The position numbers were made by a program, and so were the translations under genes. From a virus (taxonomy: Duplodnaviria; Caudoviricetes): a stretch of DNA of 64,000 bases. A model generated the notes under the pieces. That model saw nothing but the letters and a program-made list of their open reading frames with translations. It did not search any database and was not told the DNA's origin. Each line of letters begins with the position of its first letter. Position 1 is the first letter of the stretch. The stretch covers positions 1-64,000 of the IMG/VR virus record IMGVR_UViG_641201006_000001. One strand, written 5' to 3'. Shown here piece after piece: positions 46,839 through 58,600 of the stretch.

Positions 46839-49800
46839 CGCTGACACATATCTAAGTCCCGAAATGGATCCTACAGCAAAAGTAATAATGGGAGGAATAG
46901 CCACTGTCGGTCTTGTTGCCGGTGGCTATTTAGCTTTCAAGAAGGGTGCGCTAAAGGATGTCATGCACTCTACGATTGCGAAGGCAGGTAGTTTCCGTAG
47001 AGGGAAAACAATTGCAATGAATGATGCGGTTCGGAAATGGTCACAAGATGACCGCATGGATGAACTAGGCAACGCCGTGATGAACTTAATGAAAGGCAAG
47101 CCGAAGGAAAGTAAGAAGAGTGCAAAAGAGTTTTTAGATGTCATGAGAGACTTTAAGCGTCACAAAGATGGTGCATTGCAAGAACATGCTGACCGTGTGG
47201 CTCGTATGAAGGAGTCTCAATTACGTGATAGAGAAATCGAAATCAAGACAGAGATGGCTTCTCATAAAGCGATGCAAGAACGCTTCCGTAAAGATAATAA
47301 TGATGAGAAAGCTGTACAGCGTGTATCGAAGTTATTTGACCAAACAATATTCGATAGACGTAACCTTGATAAGAAACTAGAGAAAGCTCGCGAACTGCAA
47401 ACAGGATTCCGTCATGCGACAATCAACGACCTGATTCGTTTAGGTGAGATCAACGAGGCAGAGGATTGGGTGCAAGAAGGGATTACTATCTCGACTCGTG
47501 AGTTTATGAAGAAAGCACAAGGCGAAGAGGCGATTAAGAAAGCTGGCGAGGATGGACGCAGACACTTCTTAAACAAAGTAGCTGACAACAGCATACTAAT
47601 TGATAAGAAGGATAAGATTGCTGACCTGCGTGACTTCCGTGATACATTCGAAGGTATGGTACATAGTTTAACAACAGACTTTACGATTCCACTTGTAAAG
47701 ATTAACCCGCTTCGTATGTTTTACATGGATCACTTCTTCACAGATAAATCAAAGCCATTGTTCCACGTTGCTACGTCTGATACAAAGAATCCAATTGTAA
47801 CGGGTCACAACGGTGCGCAAGGTAAACCGATTGTCTTTGCTGACGGAAAACTATTTGATGTGATGCACAAAGATGAAGCCGGTAATATGGTGACGAAACA
47901 AATCGACGGTGACTACTTCTTAGCAGACGCACAGAAGGGGCCTGTCGCACGATTACTTCGTAACATGTCCGGTATATCTATTTCAGAGTTCAGTAAGCCT
48001 GAGGCGAACGCTCCGTTCATCAAAAAGGCAAAGTATCATCTAGGTTCATTCTTTGATGTAGGTTTCCAAGATGAGCCGGGAGGACAATTAGATTTACTTG
48101 ACCCGACGAGTTGGGGTACATCCTTAATCAATACGGTAACAGGACGCTTCCGTCAAAGTGAATATGTAAAACGTATGGACTATTTATCAAATGCCTTCGG
48201 TAAAGATAAAGACTTCATCTACATGCGTAGACACATGGACTTAAAGGATGCGCCTAGCTATAAGGATTACCTGAATCAGTTCCGTGCAGGTCGAGACAAT
48301 ATGGATGAAGTAACAATGTCTACGATGTTTGGATATGGATTCTTCGAACGTCTAAACGCTACGCTGAACCAAGTGAACTTAGGTCTATCGAACAAAGCGC
48401 TCGGTTCTGCTTACGATGTATTCGAAGGACTGTTATTAAAACGTGTCGCTCCAATATGGGCTGGTATGGAACTATGGGATTACATGAACTATGAATCTGA
48501 GAATCTATTAGGGTTCCAATTCGAAGACCGATTCGCACAGATGTATGCAAACAGTTCTGTAGAGATTGCGAAGGTTCGTGATAACCTCGGCATTACAGAT
48601 TGGGCGAAAGGTGTTGCGCCGTTATTAGTAGGCGGTAGCGAACTTGCGGAGATTCCAATACTCGGTAACCTGCTAGACTGGAATGATACAGCAGAAGAAA
48701 CGCAGGACTACTGGGAGAATGGTGAAGTCGCTGTTCGTAAAGGTCGTTGGTGGCAATTAGGTAATACACCATACATCGGTGGTAAAACAGAATACTACCA
48801 ACCGAACTGGGTACGAAGAACATTAGCTGATGTGAAGTTCTCTGAATCACAGTATGGATCCCGTGAAGAATATTATGAGAATAGCTGGATGCCATCACTA
48901 CGTCATCCATTCGCACCAATCAAACACTTCTTTACTGACCAGTATCACTGGGAGGAGAAGCACTATCAAGACAGACCGTACATGATTACCGGTGGTATTC
49001 CTGAGATTGAAAACTTCCCGTTAATTGGGCCTATCTTAAATAGTACAATTGGTCAGCTATTAAAACCGCAACGTCAGATGCATATGGAAGCGTGGAACGG
49101 AGATGTACAAGGTATGCCGTTACCAGTCCCTCCTGAAACACTTGAGTATGCACAAGAGCGTACTGTGCCGATGACATTTGATAATGACGGGAATGCATCC
49201 TTCGGTTTCGCTTCAAATGAAGATAACGAGACAGATGAAGATGGCAATACGGAAATTGATCCGGGCGCAAGCGTACCTATCTTAACGCAGGGTGCTGCTT
49301 ATAATATGTTGCCTCCTGAAACGAAGGAACAAAACCAAGCCTTACAAGAGAAGCTATTCTCTTACATTACGGCTGGCGGTCAAGTGCAATTACTTCGTGG
49401 TGATCCAGGGGCAACAATATGGGATGCAACTTCTGTTATGGATACGAAGGCTCCAATGAGTACCGGTCTATTCAAACAGGAACGTCTGCCGATGAATAAG
49501 GATAAAGTAGAGACAGGTGCGCCACTAGAGACAGATGTACAACTACATCAAATGTTAGGGAACCTGCACTACAACATGACAGAGATGGGCGGATTCTACG
49601 GATTCATTACGACAAGTATCTTTGGTCAAGTCGGTAACAGCAATCCTATCCTGCAATCATCATCTGACCTGTCATCTTATACTCGTGCCTTTTGGGATAA
49701 TGACATCGGTGGTTTCGGAGGAGATGCCAATGAGATATTCCGTCGTTTCTTACCATCGGAAACATTTGAACATAAACAAAATGAAATCAACCCTGTAGCA

Positions 49801-52578
49801 AATACGATGCCGGACTGGTTACCGGGTAGCGATTACTTCGTTAACTTCCAAACAGGTGACCCCTACATCAAAGTGAAGAAGGGTGAATCACGTTTACCGG
49901 GCGAAGGGTATGAACGTTTATACAACATTGATTCTGAGAAGATGATGAAGCTAGATATTGGTGCATCCTTCATTGGATATGACGAACAACAGATTCGTGA
50001 CCATATGTTAAAGCGTGATGCCTATAAAGCAGAAGCCTTCAATAAGATTCTAAAAGCTGGTACGAAGATACATGAGCAAGTAGAGAAAGACTTACTGGCA
50101 AAAGGCGTAGCAGATGCGTCTGAGGAATATGTAAAGGATGAAGCAACAGGCATTGGCGGATTCTTCGACTTGTATGCAAACAATACAAAGCTACTCGACT
50201 GGGCGTTACAACAGAACGTAGCAGAGTTTAAATTCTATCAAACGCCACGAGAGGAAAGCGGAAGAGAACCGTCAGAAGCACTCGGCGGATTCTATGAAGA
50301 GGTCGATGTATTAAATGACATGGATAATACCCAGCGTCAAAGTTTCCTTGAACAATTCGTAGATGTGTATGGACAGGAAAGTGCGACAGTCGATATTAAG
50401 ACCCGTGGTGCAAAAGCATTCGCTAAAGAAGGGATGCACTTTGAGAACGTACAACAGCTTAACTTCTATGCAAAGCAAAAGGGTACACGCATGAACTACT
50501 TCATTGAGTTAAACCGTGACAACCCCGATGCAGGGATTAAGATATTTGCGTTCCAACAAAGTGATGACCTGCTGAACTATACGACGGAAAAAGTACAACG
50601 AGTGCGAGAAGGTATCCGTCAAGACATGGAATCCGGTAAGCTACATCGTGGTGACCTCTATGATCCAATCGACAGATTCAGAATACTAGCTGACGTTGCG
50701 CCGTACTCACAAGAGTATCGTGATATGAAAGGTCAGCTATCGAATATGAACTTAGATGAAGATGATATGAAGGAAGCGCAGGAGATTAAGAAGCAAGTAT
50801 CAGAACGAAAGCACAAGTATCGTTTCTATGACTACCGCTTCAAGACTGCGAATGTCGATGAAAAGATGGTTACAGTAGACCATGTAATCGACAGTAATAC
50901 ATTCGTATCTATGGAGTTTCCTGATAATCCAATCCGTCTGGCTGGGGTTCGTGTAAGTACCGCAAAGGATAACCCGATTGCAGACGAGGCGGCTCGTGTC
51001 ATTGGTCAAACCATCAAGGAAGGTTCGAAGATTCGTATACAGTATGATGCTGACGAGCAGAACCAAATCAAGGATGATACGTATAAGACGCTCCAAGCGG
51101 TTGTATACGACCACAAAGGACGTAACCTAAACAAATACCTTATCGACAATGAACTCGCAAAAGAGAAAGAGAATGACTACTCTGCGGCTGCGGTTCATGC
51201 ACGATTTACACCGGGTGAAATTAAGTTCGGTTCGATGTGGGAAAGCTTTGCTCATATGGATACTATCCTGCATACAAAGTTACTACAAGTTCGTTCTCCG
51301 CTTGAGTCTTATGAGCGCCGTGAAGTATACGGAAAAGACTGGCAAGAATGGACTGACCCAATTGAAGACTTCCTGATTCCTGCGATTCAGAGTTCTGCTA
51401 TTCATAATCCCGTTGTCGCAATCGGCGGTGGAGCAATTGCTGGTATGATGTTTGGTTCTCTAAAACCATCTGATATTGGCGGAGAGAAAGTTATTGGTCG
51501 TTACGGGAAGATCGTCGGCGGATTCATCGGTGCATCTGTTATGGGTATCGCTGTACTGAACCGTATGCTTACAGAAGCCATAACAGGAGAAGCATGGATT
51601 CCAGAACGTAGACAGAAAGAGCGTGACACAGAAGAATACTTCGATGTGTTAGAGTACATTAAGTACAACGCACTGTATGACCAGTATTCAAGAAAGGCAT
51701 TAAAGGAAGAAGGCATCAACGTTGAATCGTATTTAAGCAACGAGAAGTTCGAAGGAGATAAGCGTAAGCAAGATAAGACTGCCTTACAGGAAATCAAGAA
51801 AGAACTGTATCGTTCTCGTGCGAATCAAGTTGGGCCACTCATTGCGAAACTACGTGAGCAGTATGGCATCGAAGCAGAGACAAAAGAAGAAGCGATGAAA
51901 GCCATCAATAAAGAAATCACGAGTCTTACAACGCACAGGGAGATTAAAGAACTGTCTCCCATTGCAGCAAAAGCAATCATGTATAAACAGGCTGCGAAAC
52001 AAACGATGTATGGATACGAAGCAGGTGACCCAATTGCGAATATCTTATCGGCATTGCCGAAGAAAGACCGTGAGTACCTGACTCCATTTATCAAAGCGCC
52101 TGAGGAAGAAAGACAGAGAATCCTAGACATCGTGCCGAATTACATGAAACGTGTACTACAATCAGCATGGGGATTAGATGTAGATGAAAAGACACCACTG
52201 AAAGATTACTTTAAGAAACATGCACTGCCGGGTGCGAACTGGGAAGGTTGGAGAGAGAACGTATCTCTTGATGACATAAAGGTCAAGTTTGTTGACCGAG
52301 TGGGACTCGACCCGTCAGAATTTAATATATGGGAAAATGACAAACAACGTGCTGATAGGCTGAACGTACCAACGCCTGATGTGTTCAATGGACGAGAAAG
52401 TGCAGAAGAGTATTCTCGTAAGTTAAAAGAAATTTTAACAGGCTCTAATATTCATGGACTAAATATTGATATAATAGAGTCAGACAAACCGGGAACACAT
52501 ATAAATATGAACATTGCGCATGATCGACGTGACGATGTTCAGAAAATTATCAACCGTGATGGTCATTACATGTTATAA
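46786..52578 (+). CDS. Giant virion protein (1930 aa) with TM helices, PD-(D/E)xK (RecB/Cas4-like) and thermonuclease-like domains
   Basis: GTKIHEQVE..GFFD..VDIKT..QQLNFY; VDHVIDSNT..IRLAGV..DTYKTLQAVVY..NLNKYLIDNELA; hydrophobic helices near the N-terminus and at ~51410-51560. Confidence 0.8.
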   Translation: MADTTQYRNKYRGYLEDDADTYLSPEMDPTAKVIMGGIATVGLVAGGYLAFKKGALKDVMHSTIAKAGSFRRGKTIAMNDAVRKWSQDDRMDELGNAVMNLMKGKPKESKKSAKEFLDVMRDFKRHKDGALQEHADRVARMKESQLRDREIEIKTEMASHKAMQERFRKDNNDEKAVQRVSKLFDQTIFDRRNLDKKLEKARELQTGFRHATINDLIRLGEINEAEDWVQEGITISTREFMKKAQGEEAIKKAGEDGRRHFLNKVADNSILIDKKDKIADLRDFRDTFEGMVHSLTTDFTIPLVKINPLRMFYMDHFFTDKSKPLFHVATSDTKNPIVTGHNGAQGKPIVFADGKLFDVMHKDEAGNMVTKQIDGDYFLADAQKGPVARLLRNMSGISISEFSKPEANAPFIKKAKYHLGSFFDVGFQDEPGGQLDLLDPTSWGTSLINTVTGRFRQSEYVKRMDYLSNAFGKDKDFIYMRRHMDLKDAPSYKDYLNQFRAGRDNMDEVTMSTMFGYGFFERLNATLNQVNLGLSNKALGSAYDVFEGLLLKRVAPIWAGMELWDYMNYESENLLGFQFEDRFAQMYANSSVEIAKVRDNLGITDWAKGVAPLLVGGSELAEIPILGNLLDWNDTAEETQDYWENGEVAVRKGRWWQLGNTPYIGGKTEYYQPNWVRRTLADVKFSESQYGSREEYYENSWMPSLRHPFAPIKHFFTDQYHWEEKHYQDRPYMITGGIPEIENFPLIGPILNSTIGQLLKPQRQMHMEAWNGDVQGMPLPVPPETLEYAQERTVPMTFDNDGNASFGFASNEDNETDEDGNTEIDPGASVPILTQGAAYNMLPPETKEQNQALQEKLFSYITAGGQVQLLRGDPGATIWDATSVMDTKAPMSTGLFKQERLPMNKDKVETGAPLETDVQLHQMLGNLHYNMTEMGGFYGFITTSIFGQVGNSNPILQSSSDLSSYTRAFWDNDIGGFGGDANEIFRRFLPSETFEHKQNEINPVANTMPDWLPGSDYFVNFQTGDPYIKVKKGESRLPGEGYERLYNIDSEKMMKLDIGASFIGYDEQQIRDHMLKRDAYKAEAFNKILKAGTKIHEQVEKDLLAKGVADASEEYVKDEATGIGGFFDLYANNTKLLDWALQQNVAEFKFYQTPREESGREPSEALGGFYEEVDVLNDMDNTQRQSFLEQFVDVYGQESATVDIKTRGAKAFAKEGMHFENVQQLNFYAKQKGTRMNYFIELNRDNPDAGIKIFAFQQSDDLLNYTTEKVQRVREGIRQDMESGKLHRGDLYDPIDRFRILADVAPYSQEYRDMKGQLSNMNLDEDDMKEAQEIKKQVSERKHKYRFYDYRFKTANVDEKMVTVDHVIDSNTFVSMEFPDNPIRLAGVRVSTAKDNPIADEAARVIGQTIKEGSKIRIQYDADEQNQIKDDTYKTLQAVVYDHKGRNLNKYLIDNELAKEKENDYSAAAVHARFTPGEIKFGSMWESFAHMDTILHTKLLQVRSPLESYERREVYGKDWQEWTDPIEDFLIPAIQSSAIHNPVVAIGGGAIAGMMFGSLKPSDIGGEKVIGRYGKIVGGFIGASVMGIAVLNRMLTEAITGEAWIPERRQKERDTEEYFDVLEYIKYNALYDQYSRKALKEEGINVESYLSNEKFEGDKRKQDKTALQEIKKELYRSRANQVGPLIAKLREQYGIEAETKEEAMKAINKEITSLTTHREIKELSPIAAKAIMYKQAAKQTMYGYEAGDPIANILSALPKKDREYLTPFIKAPEEERQRILDIVPNYMKRVLQSAWGLDVDEKTPLKDYFKKHALPGANWEGWRENVSLDDIKVKFVDRVGLDPSEFNIWENDKQRADRLNVPTPDVFNGRESAEEYSRKLKEILTGSNIHGLNIDIIESDKPGTHINMNIAHDRRDDVQKIINRDGHYML

Positions 52579-52604
52579 GGAGTTCGGTTGCGGACTCCTT
52601 TTTT
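52577..52604 (+). terminator. Rho-independent terminator
   Basis: AAGGAGTTCG-GTTG-CGGACTCCTT-TTTT. Confidence 0.8.
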
Positions 52605-52622
52605 ATACAGAAAGGGGTTGCG

Positions 52623-55600
52623 ATGATGAATAACTATAACGAAAACTATGCACGAGAAATATTCTTCAACCGCATGATGTACTTTATCAATGAGATAAAG
52701 ACTGGCATGGTGAAAGATGGTGTTCAGAATCCTGCGGCTGAACAACAACTATTAACACAGGCGCACAATGTGATACAAGCGCAGACGATGGCGGATACAA
52801 ACTACAAGTTCCAACTGAATAACATCTATGCATTAACACGAAACTCTGACCCGGTTACATTAGGGAATACAATGGCAAACAATATCAAGGACTTAGGTTA
52901 CTTACCTGATTCGATGAAACGTGTTGCCGAACGACAAGCGGTATCCTTTACGGAGGAACTAAACTCATTTATGTCAGGGTTACAATCGAGAGGTTTAACG
53001 AATACGTCAACATCCGTTGTAAAAGCAAATAGTATGTTAACGAATACCGAAACATTTATCCGTCATGATCTGTATCAAAGCGTGGAGGACATCGGTATCA
53101 TTGGTCGTCGTATTCATGACCAAAACTTCTATCACGATAATGTATTCGCACAAGTTAACGAGGCAATCTTCCAGTATACACAGGGAGCTGATGCAGTTGA
53201 CCAGCAAGGACGTAAAGTTGGATTCTCCGACTTAGAAAGAAGCTATCGTGATTATCTCATGACACAATCTATTACAGCGCAAGAGATGGATAGATGGGGC
53301 GTAATCGGGTATACCGACGACAAGATTAATAAGGTACTTGCCAACATTGACCATGACCCTGCTTCCTTCCGTATCTTCGCTCATGATTTACAACAAGGTG
53401 TGAATCAATACACTCGTTTAATCAAAGGCGACAGACAACAGCTAAACGGCGTGCGACAAATCTTAAAGGATGCAGAAGCGCAAAAGAAACCTTTAGTTGA
53501 AGTTATTGAGAAGTCGTATGCGAATACGAAGATCGGGCAAGAGGTATTAAAGAAAGTACGAGCAAGTGGGAATAAGACAGATGATTACGTTCGTAACATG
53601 ATGCGTAACTTCATGATGATGAAAGGCAATATGGAAGTACCGGTGGTTCTTGCATCTAGTGTCACTGACCAAACGCAACGTATGGTAGATGCTATCGGCG
53701 GAGCAATGAAAGAGATGAACAATCCGAAGAATCCTGACTATGCCTTGTATCAAAAGTACCGTGGCATCAAAGGTGAGCATACGAAGTTTATGAACGAACT
53801 GTACACGATTCGTAAAGAGGCGAACGTAGAAGGTAGCTTATACATAAACAATCAAGAGAGTTTATCTCACCGTGCAAACAGTATGAATATGAATGAAGAT
53901 ACGAACGTTGCTTACAAGAAGGAAACTCTCCCTGATGTAAACGGTGAAGACCGTCCACGATTAAATGGAGAGAAACGTTCAACACTACCATCGCAAAGCA
54001 ATGAGTATGTATCGAGAACATATGATACGAAAATGGGTTCTGTTATTCATATTGATGAAGCAAACAATACGTACTATGAATCCAATCGTCTTGCTATGAT
54101 CTTGGATGCAAATGACGAAGCGGAACGTAAACATAAACGAGCAATCGAGGAACAATTGGCAGAAGGTCGTGAACGTCCACAACAACCAATGAATAGATTC
54201 CGTAATATCTTCGCCCAGTATTTTGTAGAGACAGGAAGCGAAGAAGCAAAACGATTAGCTGGCAAAGCAGAAGCAGACCTATCGGTGGTATTCAATAAGG
54301 ATAAGTATGACCCGTCTATGCGTAACGTTATATCGGAAGCTACCTTCAATGATATTAAGGAACGTATTGCTAACAAAGAAGTATCATACGAAAACTTTAG
54401 CATCACTCGTTATCAAGCGAAAGACCGTAACCAACGTAGCGTTGATAAGTGGGAATCGGCACTAGAGAATAACGAGTCCATTCGTATGAAGGGTAGCGAG
54501 GTTGGTCACCGCATCGTTCCGAATAAAGATGGTCGTGCCGTAAGTTCAGATGGCTACGTTACATTAGAACGTGAACATGAACTGGTAGAGAATGCACGTA
54601 TCAAGATGAAGGTTGAACAGGAGAATGTACAAGACCTACTCGACCAAATGGATGAACGACGTAGACGAGCGAAGGTTACAGAAGAAGCGTCTCGTAAAGT
54701 TGTAGAAGAAATCCAAGACGACGCATTCATTAACATTCGATACAAGCAAGAGGCTGTAAGCGAAGACCTGAAAAACCGTAGTGAGTTCTTGTACGAACGA
54801 CTATCGAATACAGATAAATACTTACAAGATAATGACCTAACGAAGTACGGCATTAAAGAAGCGAACGTTCGAGCAATTGATATTGCGAATGAGTTCAATG
54901 TATATCGTAAGAATTTAACGGAATTGGATCCGGAAGGTATCGAGCATCGTAAGTCATTACCGAAGTTCTTATTACGTATGGCAGAATCTCATGCGCCGTG
55001 GATGATGGATGATACATCTGAACTGGTGAGTCATTCTGAGGTTGCACTTCGTGAAGTATTAAACCGTATGGCGAATGGTCAACAGACTATCGACTTAACG
55101 GACGAAGGTTTACTAAAAGAGTTCGATGTATATGCAGAACGTGATGCAATGGGGCAACTCACACAGCGTGCTGAAAAGCAACGTAACCAGTTCATTGAAA
55201 ACCTAGCAGGTCGTAATATCTCGCAACGACTAGAAGATAATTTATTCTTAAAAGTGCTTGGCGAGATGGTACAACAGAACTTCCAAGACAAGGGTACAAA
55301 TGGCGGAGTTGAAAGTTTAATCCGTGCGGCTGCTGATATGGCAGAGCAAAATGACCGCCGTGGGATTGCGCATGATATTCATTCCATGATTAAGTCTCCA
55401 ACAATGGAGTTCTTATTTAAAGAACACGGATACTATGCACAGGCAAGATCATTAACACCTGACCAAATTGGACGTATCATTCGTGAACGAGAAATGACAG
55501 AAGCATCAATGGTATCGTTCGAACGACTAATACAGAATGATGTGGACTTTAGCACGGCTGATGAGATATGGTCACAGCGTGGTATCAACCCAATGGAGGG

Positions 55601-58600
55601 TCAAGAAGTTCGTGTAGGCGGAGATGCTTACATCAAGCAAGCCTATGACGAAGTATATGATACTCGAATAGCGAATGCTTACGGTAATCCTGAACAAAGC
55701 GTTGTAACAAAACTAGGTAGCTTAACAGATACAGACTACAAAGGTGGTCGTGTCACAGATGAAGCTGAGATTATGGAACGCTCGAAGGCACAGCTATTAC
55801 GAGTAAAAGAAGAAGAGTTAACGATGGAGTACAAGGCAAACAAAATGAATACCTTCATCGAAGACCTGAAAACAAAAGGTGTATCCTTCAATCATATTGA
55901 TGATGTTAACACGATGCTTGATTTAGCGAAGGAACAAGGTATGGAACATATCGAGGCTACGGTTCGTGACCAACCTGCTTACATCTACAAAGGTGAGAAG
56001 GGCGATGTTATCGCTCACTTACTTCGTGATGATCGTCGTATTCAGTTAGTAAACTCCTCTGCTGGATTACAAGACAGCGTGCATGTGGACGATAAGTATC
56101 CAACAAAGTTATACGGCGGAGCGCAGATTCAATATGACTACGGTGATGGTGGTGTACCAGTTCGTCACCAATACACTTCTTACGATACGATTCAAGGTAG
56201 TGGTAAGTTTGCTCGTAGTTCCAATCCATCTGTTACGGTAGAAGGCTTCCAGCGATTCCTACGAGGTACAGATAAGATGACGTACCTTGATATAGAAACA
56301 ACAGGTTTATCGGGTTCTACTTTACCGGAAGAAGTTATTCAGCCTCTTGAGGTTCATATGCAGAAGGTTCAGTGGGATAGAAGAAACGGACGTTTATTAC
56401 AGAACGAGGATGGAGAGTTCGTGATTCGTCACGCTGGTCGTGAGACTGTTCGTGAGCAACAGCTTATCATGGGTCTGAAACCTGAGACAAAAGCATTCAT
56501 GGAAGATGTTATTGCGAACGAGGACTTCCGATTCACCGTTGGTGATAGAAGCTATGACCTGATTGATTACGAACATCACAAGGGTCGTATTAATGACTTA
56601 ATCAACAAGTCCGAAAATGCGGTAGACATTCGCAGACAAATCGTAGAGAAGCAAGATAAGTTATGGTTCCTACGTAACATTGCGAAGTATGCATTCCCTG
56701 ATACAGAAGATCATGGAGAGATTATGCGATACCAACAGTATGCAGGTAACATGGAACTTCCGAAGAGTGGTTCTGAGTTCCTGACTGTATTGCGAGAAGA
56801 TGTACAAAAGGCTGCTGATAACTTAGCGAGCGCAGGTACATCCGGTGGTGTGAAGTTCTCACCAGTGCAGGTTGGTACGACAGAAGAAGGTATGATTAAA
56901 CACGTATCTCGATTCGTCGGAAAAGGAATGCTTGCAGGTCAGAACGTAGCAGATGCCGATTGGAGTAAGTTCGTTAACATCTCAAATAAGTTAGTGCAGG
57001 AGGCGACGTTACCATTTAAGACAGCGCAGAAAGCGTTGATGGATGGTATCACAGATGTAGCCAACACACATGTACTGGATACACTTCGTGACATTCAATT
57101 AGCCGCGAACTTATCTGATGTAAATGGATTCGACAAAGCAACGAAAGCCTATATCGAACCAGTCATCAAACAGATGATGAAAGAAGATACAGGTTACAAG
57201 TCACTGAGCGACGTATTTGACGATATACGTAAAGCTAATAGCGAAGGTATGGGACATGAACGATTCACTGCTATGCTAGATTCTCTGCAAGCTGGCAAAG
57301 ATGTAGACGGATTCGATAGCAAGTTAACGATGAACCTACATCGTAGAATCGAAGACTTCGCTCACATTGATGATTTATATCAAAGTGCAAGTGAAGGAAA
57401 CTCTATGCCGAAGTGGGCGAAGAAGGGTAAACTTAACCACTTCAATGATGAGTCCACAAAAGAAATGCTAACAGGTATTGATAAGCTAGTTAAAGATGTG
57501 AATGTAACTGGTGACGAATTGCGACGTGTACAGAAGATACAAGCAGACTTACCACGACCTAAGATTGTAGAGCAAATGTACTTATACAATATGGTCAATC
57601 CAAATGCGGTAGGACGTAGTGCAGAAGCACAGTTCGAAGCAATGAATATAAAAGTAGATGATGCAACAGGTCTTCACTTGGCTCGTGCCGATGTTCGAAA
57701 CAACTTAAAGTTAATTGAACGATACGGACAAGAGTTAGGTTATGACCCTGACTTCATGTTCTTTGATACAACGCCACTACAAAAAGGTGATGTCGTTGAC
57801 CTACATACATCATTCGATGACCGTATTGCACGAGGCGTATACTCGGTAGACAGTATTGATAAAGCAAAGCATACAATGACATTCGGACGTACACTAGAAG
57901 ATGGTACAGAAGAGATGCATACGATATACGGGAAATCAAGTGCTGACCTTTCTCGTAAAGTAAACAACCACTTCGCTTTCATTGGTACAGGTGGTGACGC
58001 AGGTGCGACAGAGTTAGCTATTGACCGATTCACACAAGATAATGCAAGACGACAAGTGAATCGTGCGATGCGACATGCTGATGTATTTGATAAGTACAAC
58101 AATGAGATTGATGAACTGGTTGAGAATAACAAACTGACGCACGACCCTCTTCGTAAGATGCAAGCTATTTATGAAGAAGCACAGGATAAAGTAAATCCTG
58201 AATATGGCCCAGCGATGCATCCAAAAGATTTATCACTAGCAGAGCAAGTCGCCCTGCATAAAGATAACGTCAACTTCTTTGAAGGTACGGCGGTGCAAGA
58301 AGCATTAGATGAAACAGCATCGAATACAAAGCGTCTTGCCTTTGATAAGACGGAAGACTGGATGTTATCACCTGAGGGTAGACAGCGTTATACTTTCTTA
58401 GATGAGGTTCGCTCAATGGAAGCAGCCGGAGCATTGGATCCGAAGATGAGTAATACACTTGTGAAACAATGGAACGATGCGATTAAAGAAGAGGGATTAA
58501 GACGAGGAGCAAAACACTCTGTCTTCAACCGTGCGAATCTTGGTACACTCGATAACCGATTCGGATATATGAATGGTCGTCAGTTTGTATTAGATACATC

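Noticed and set aside
50040-50620. Cas4-like motif as evidence for a CRISPR system
   Set aside because: No repeat-spacer array or other cas genes in the window, and the Fe-S cysteines are absent.
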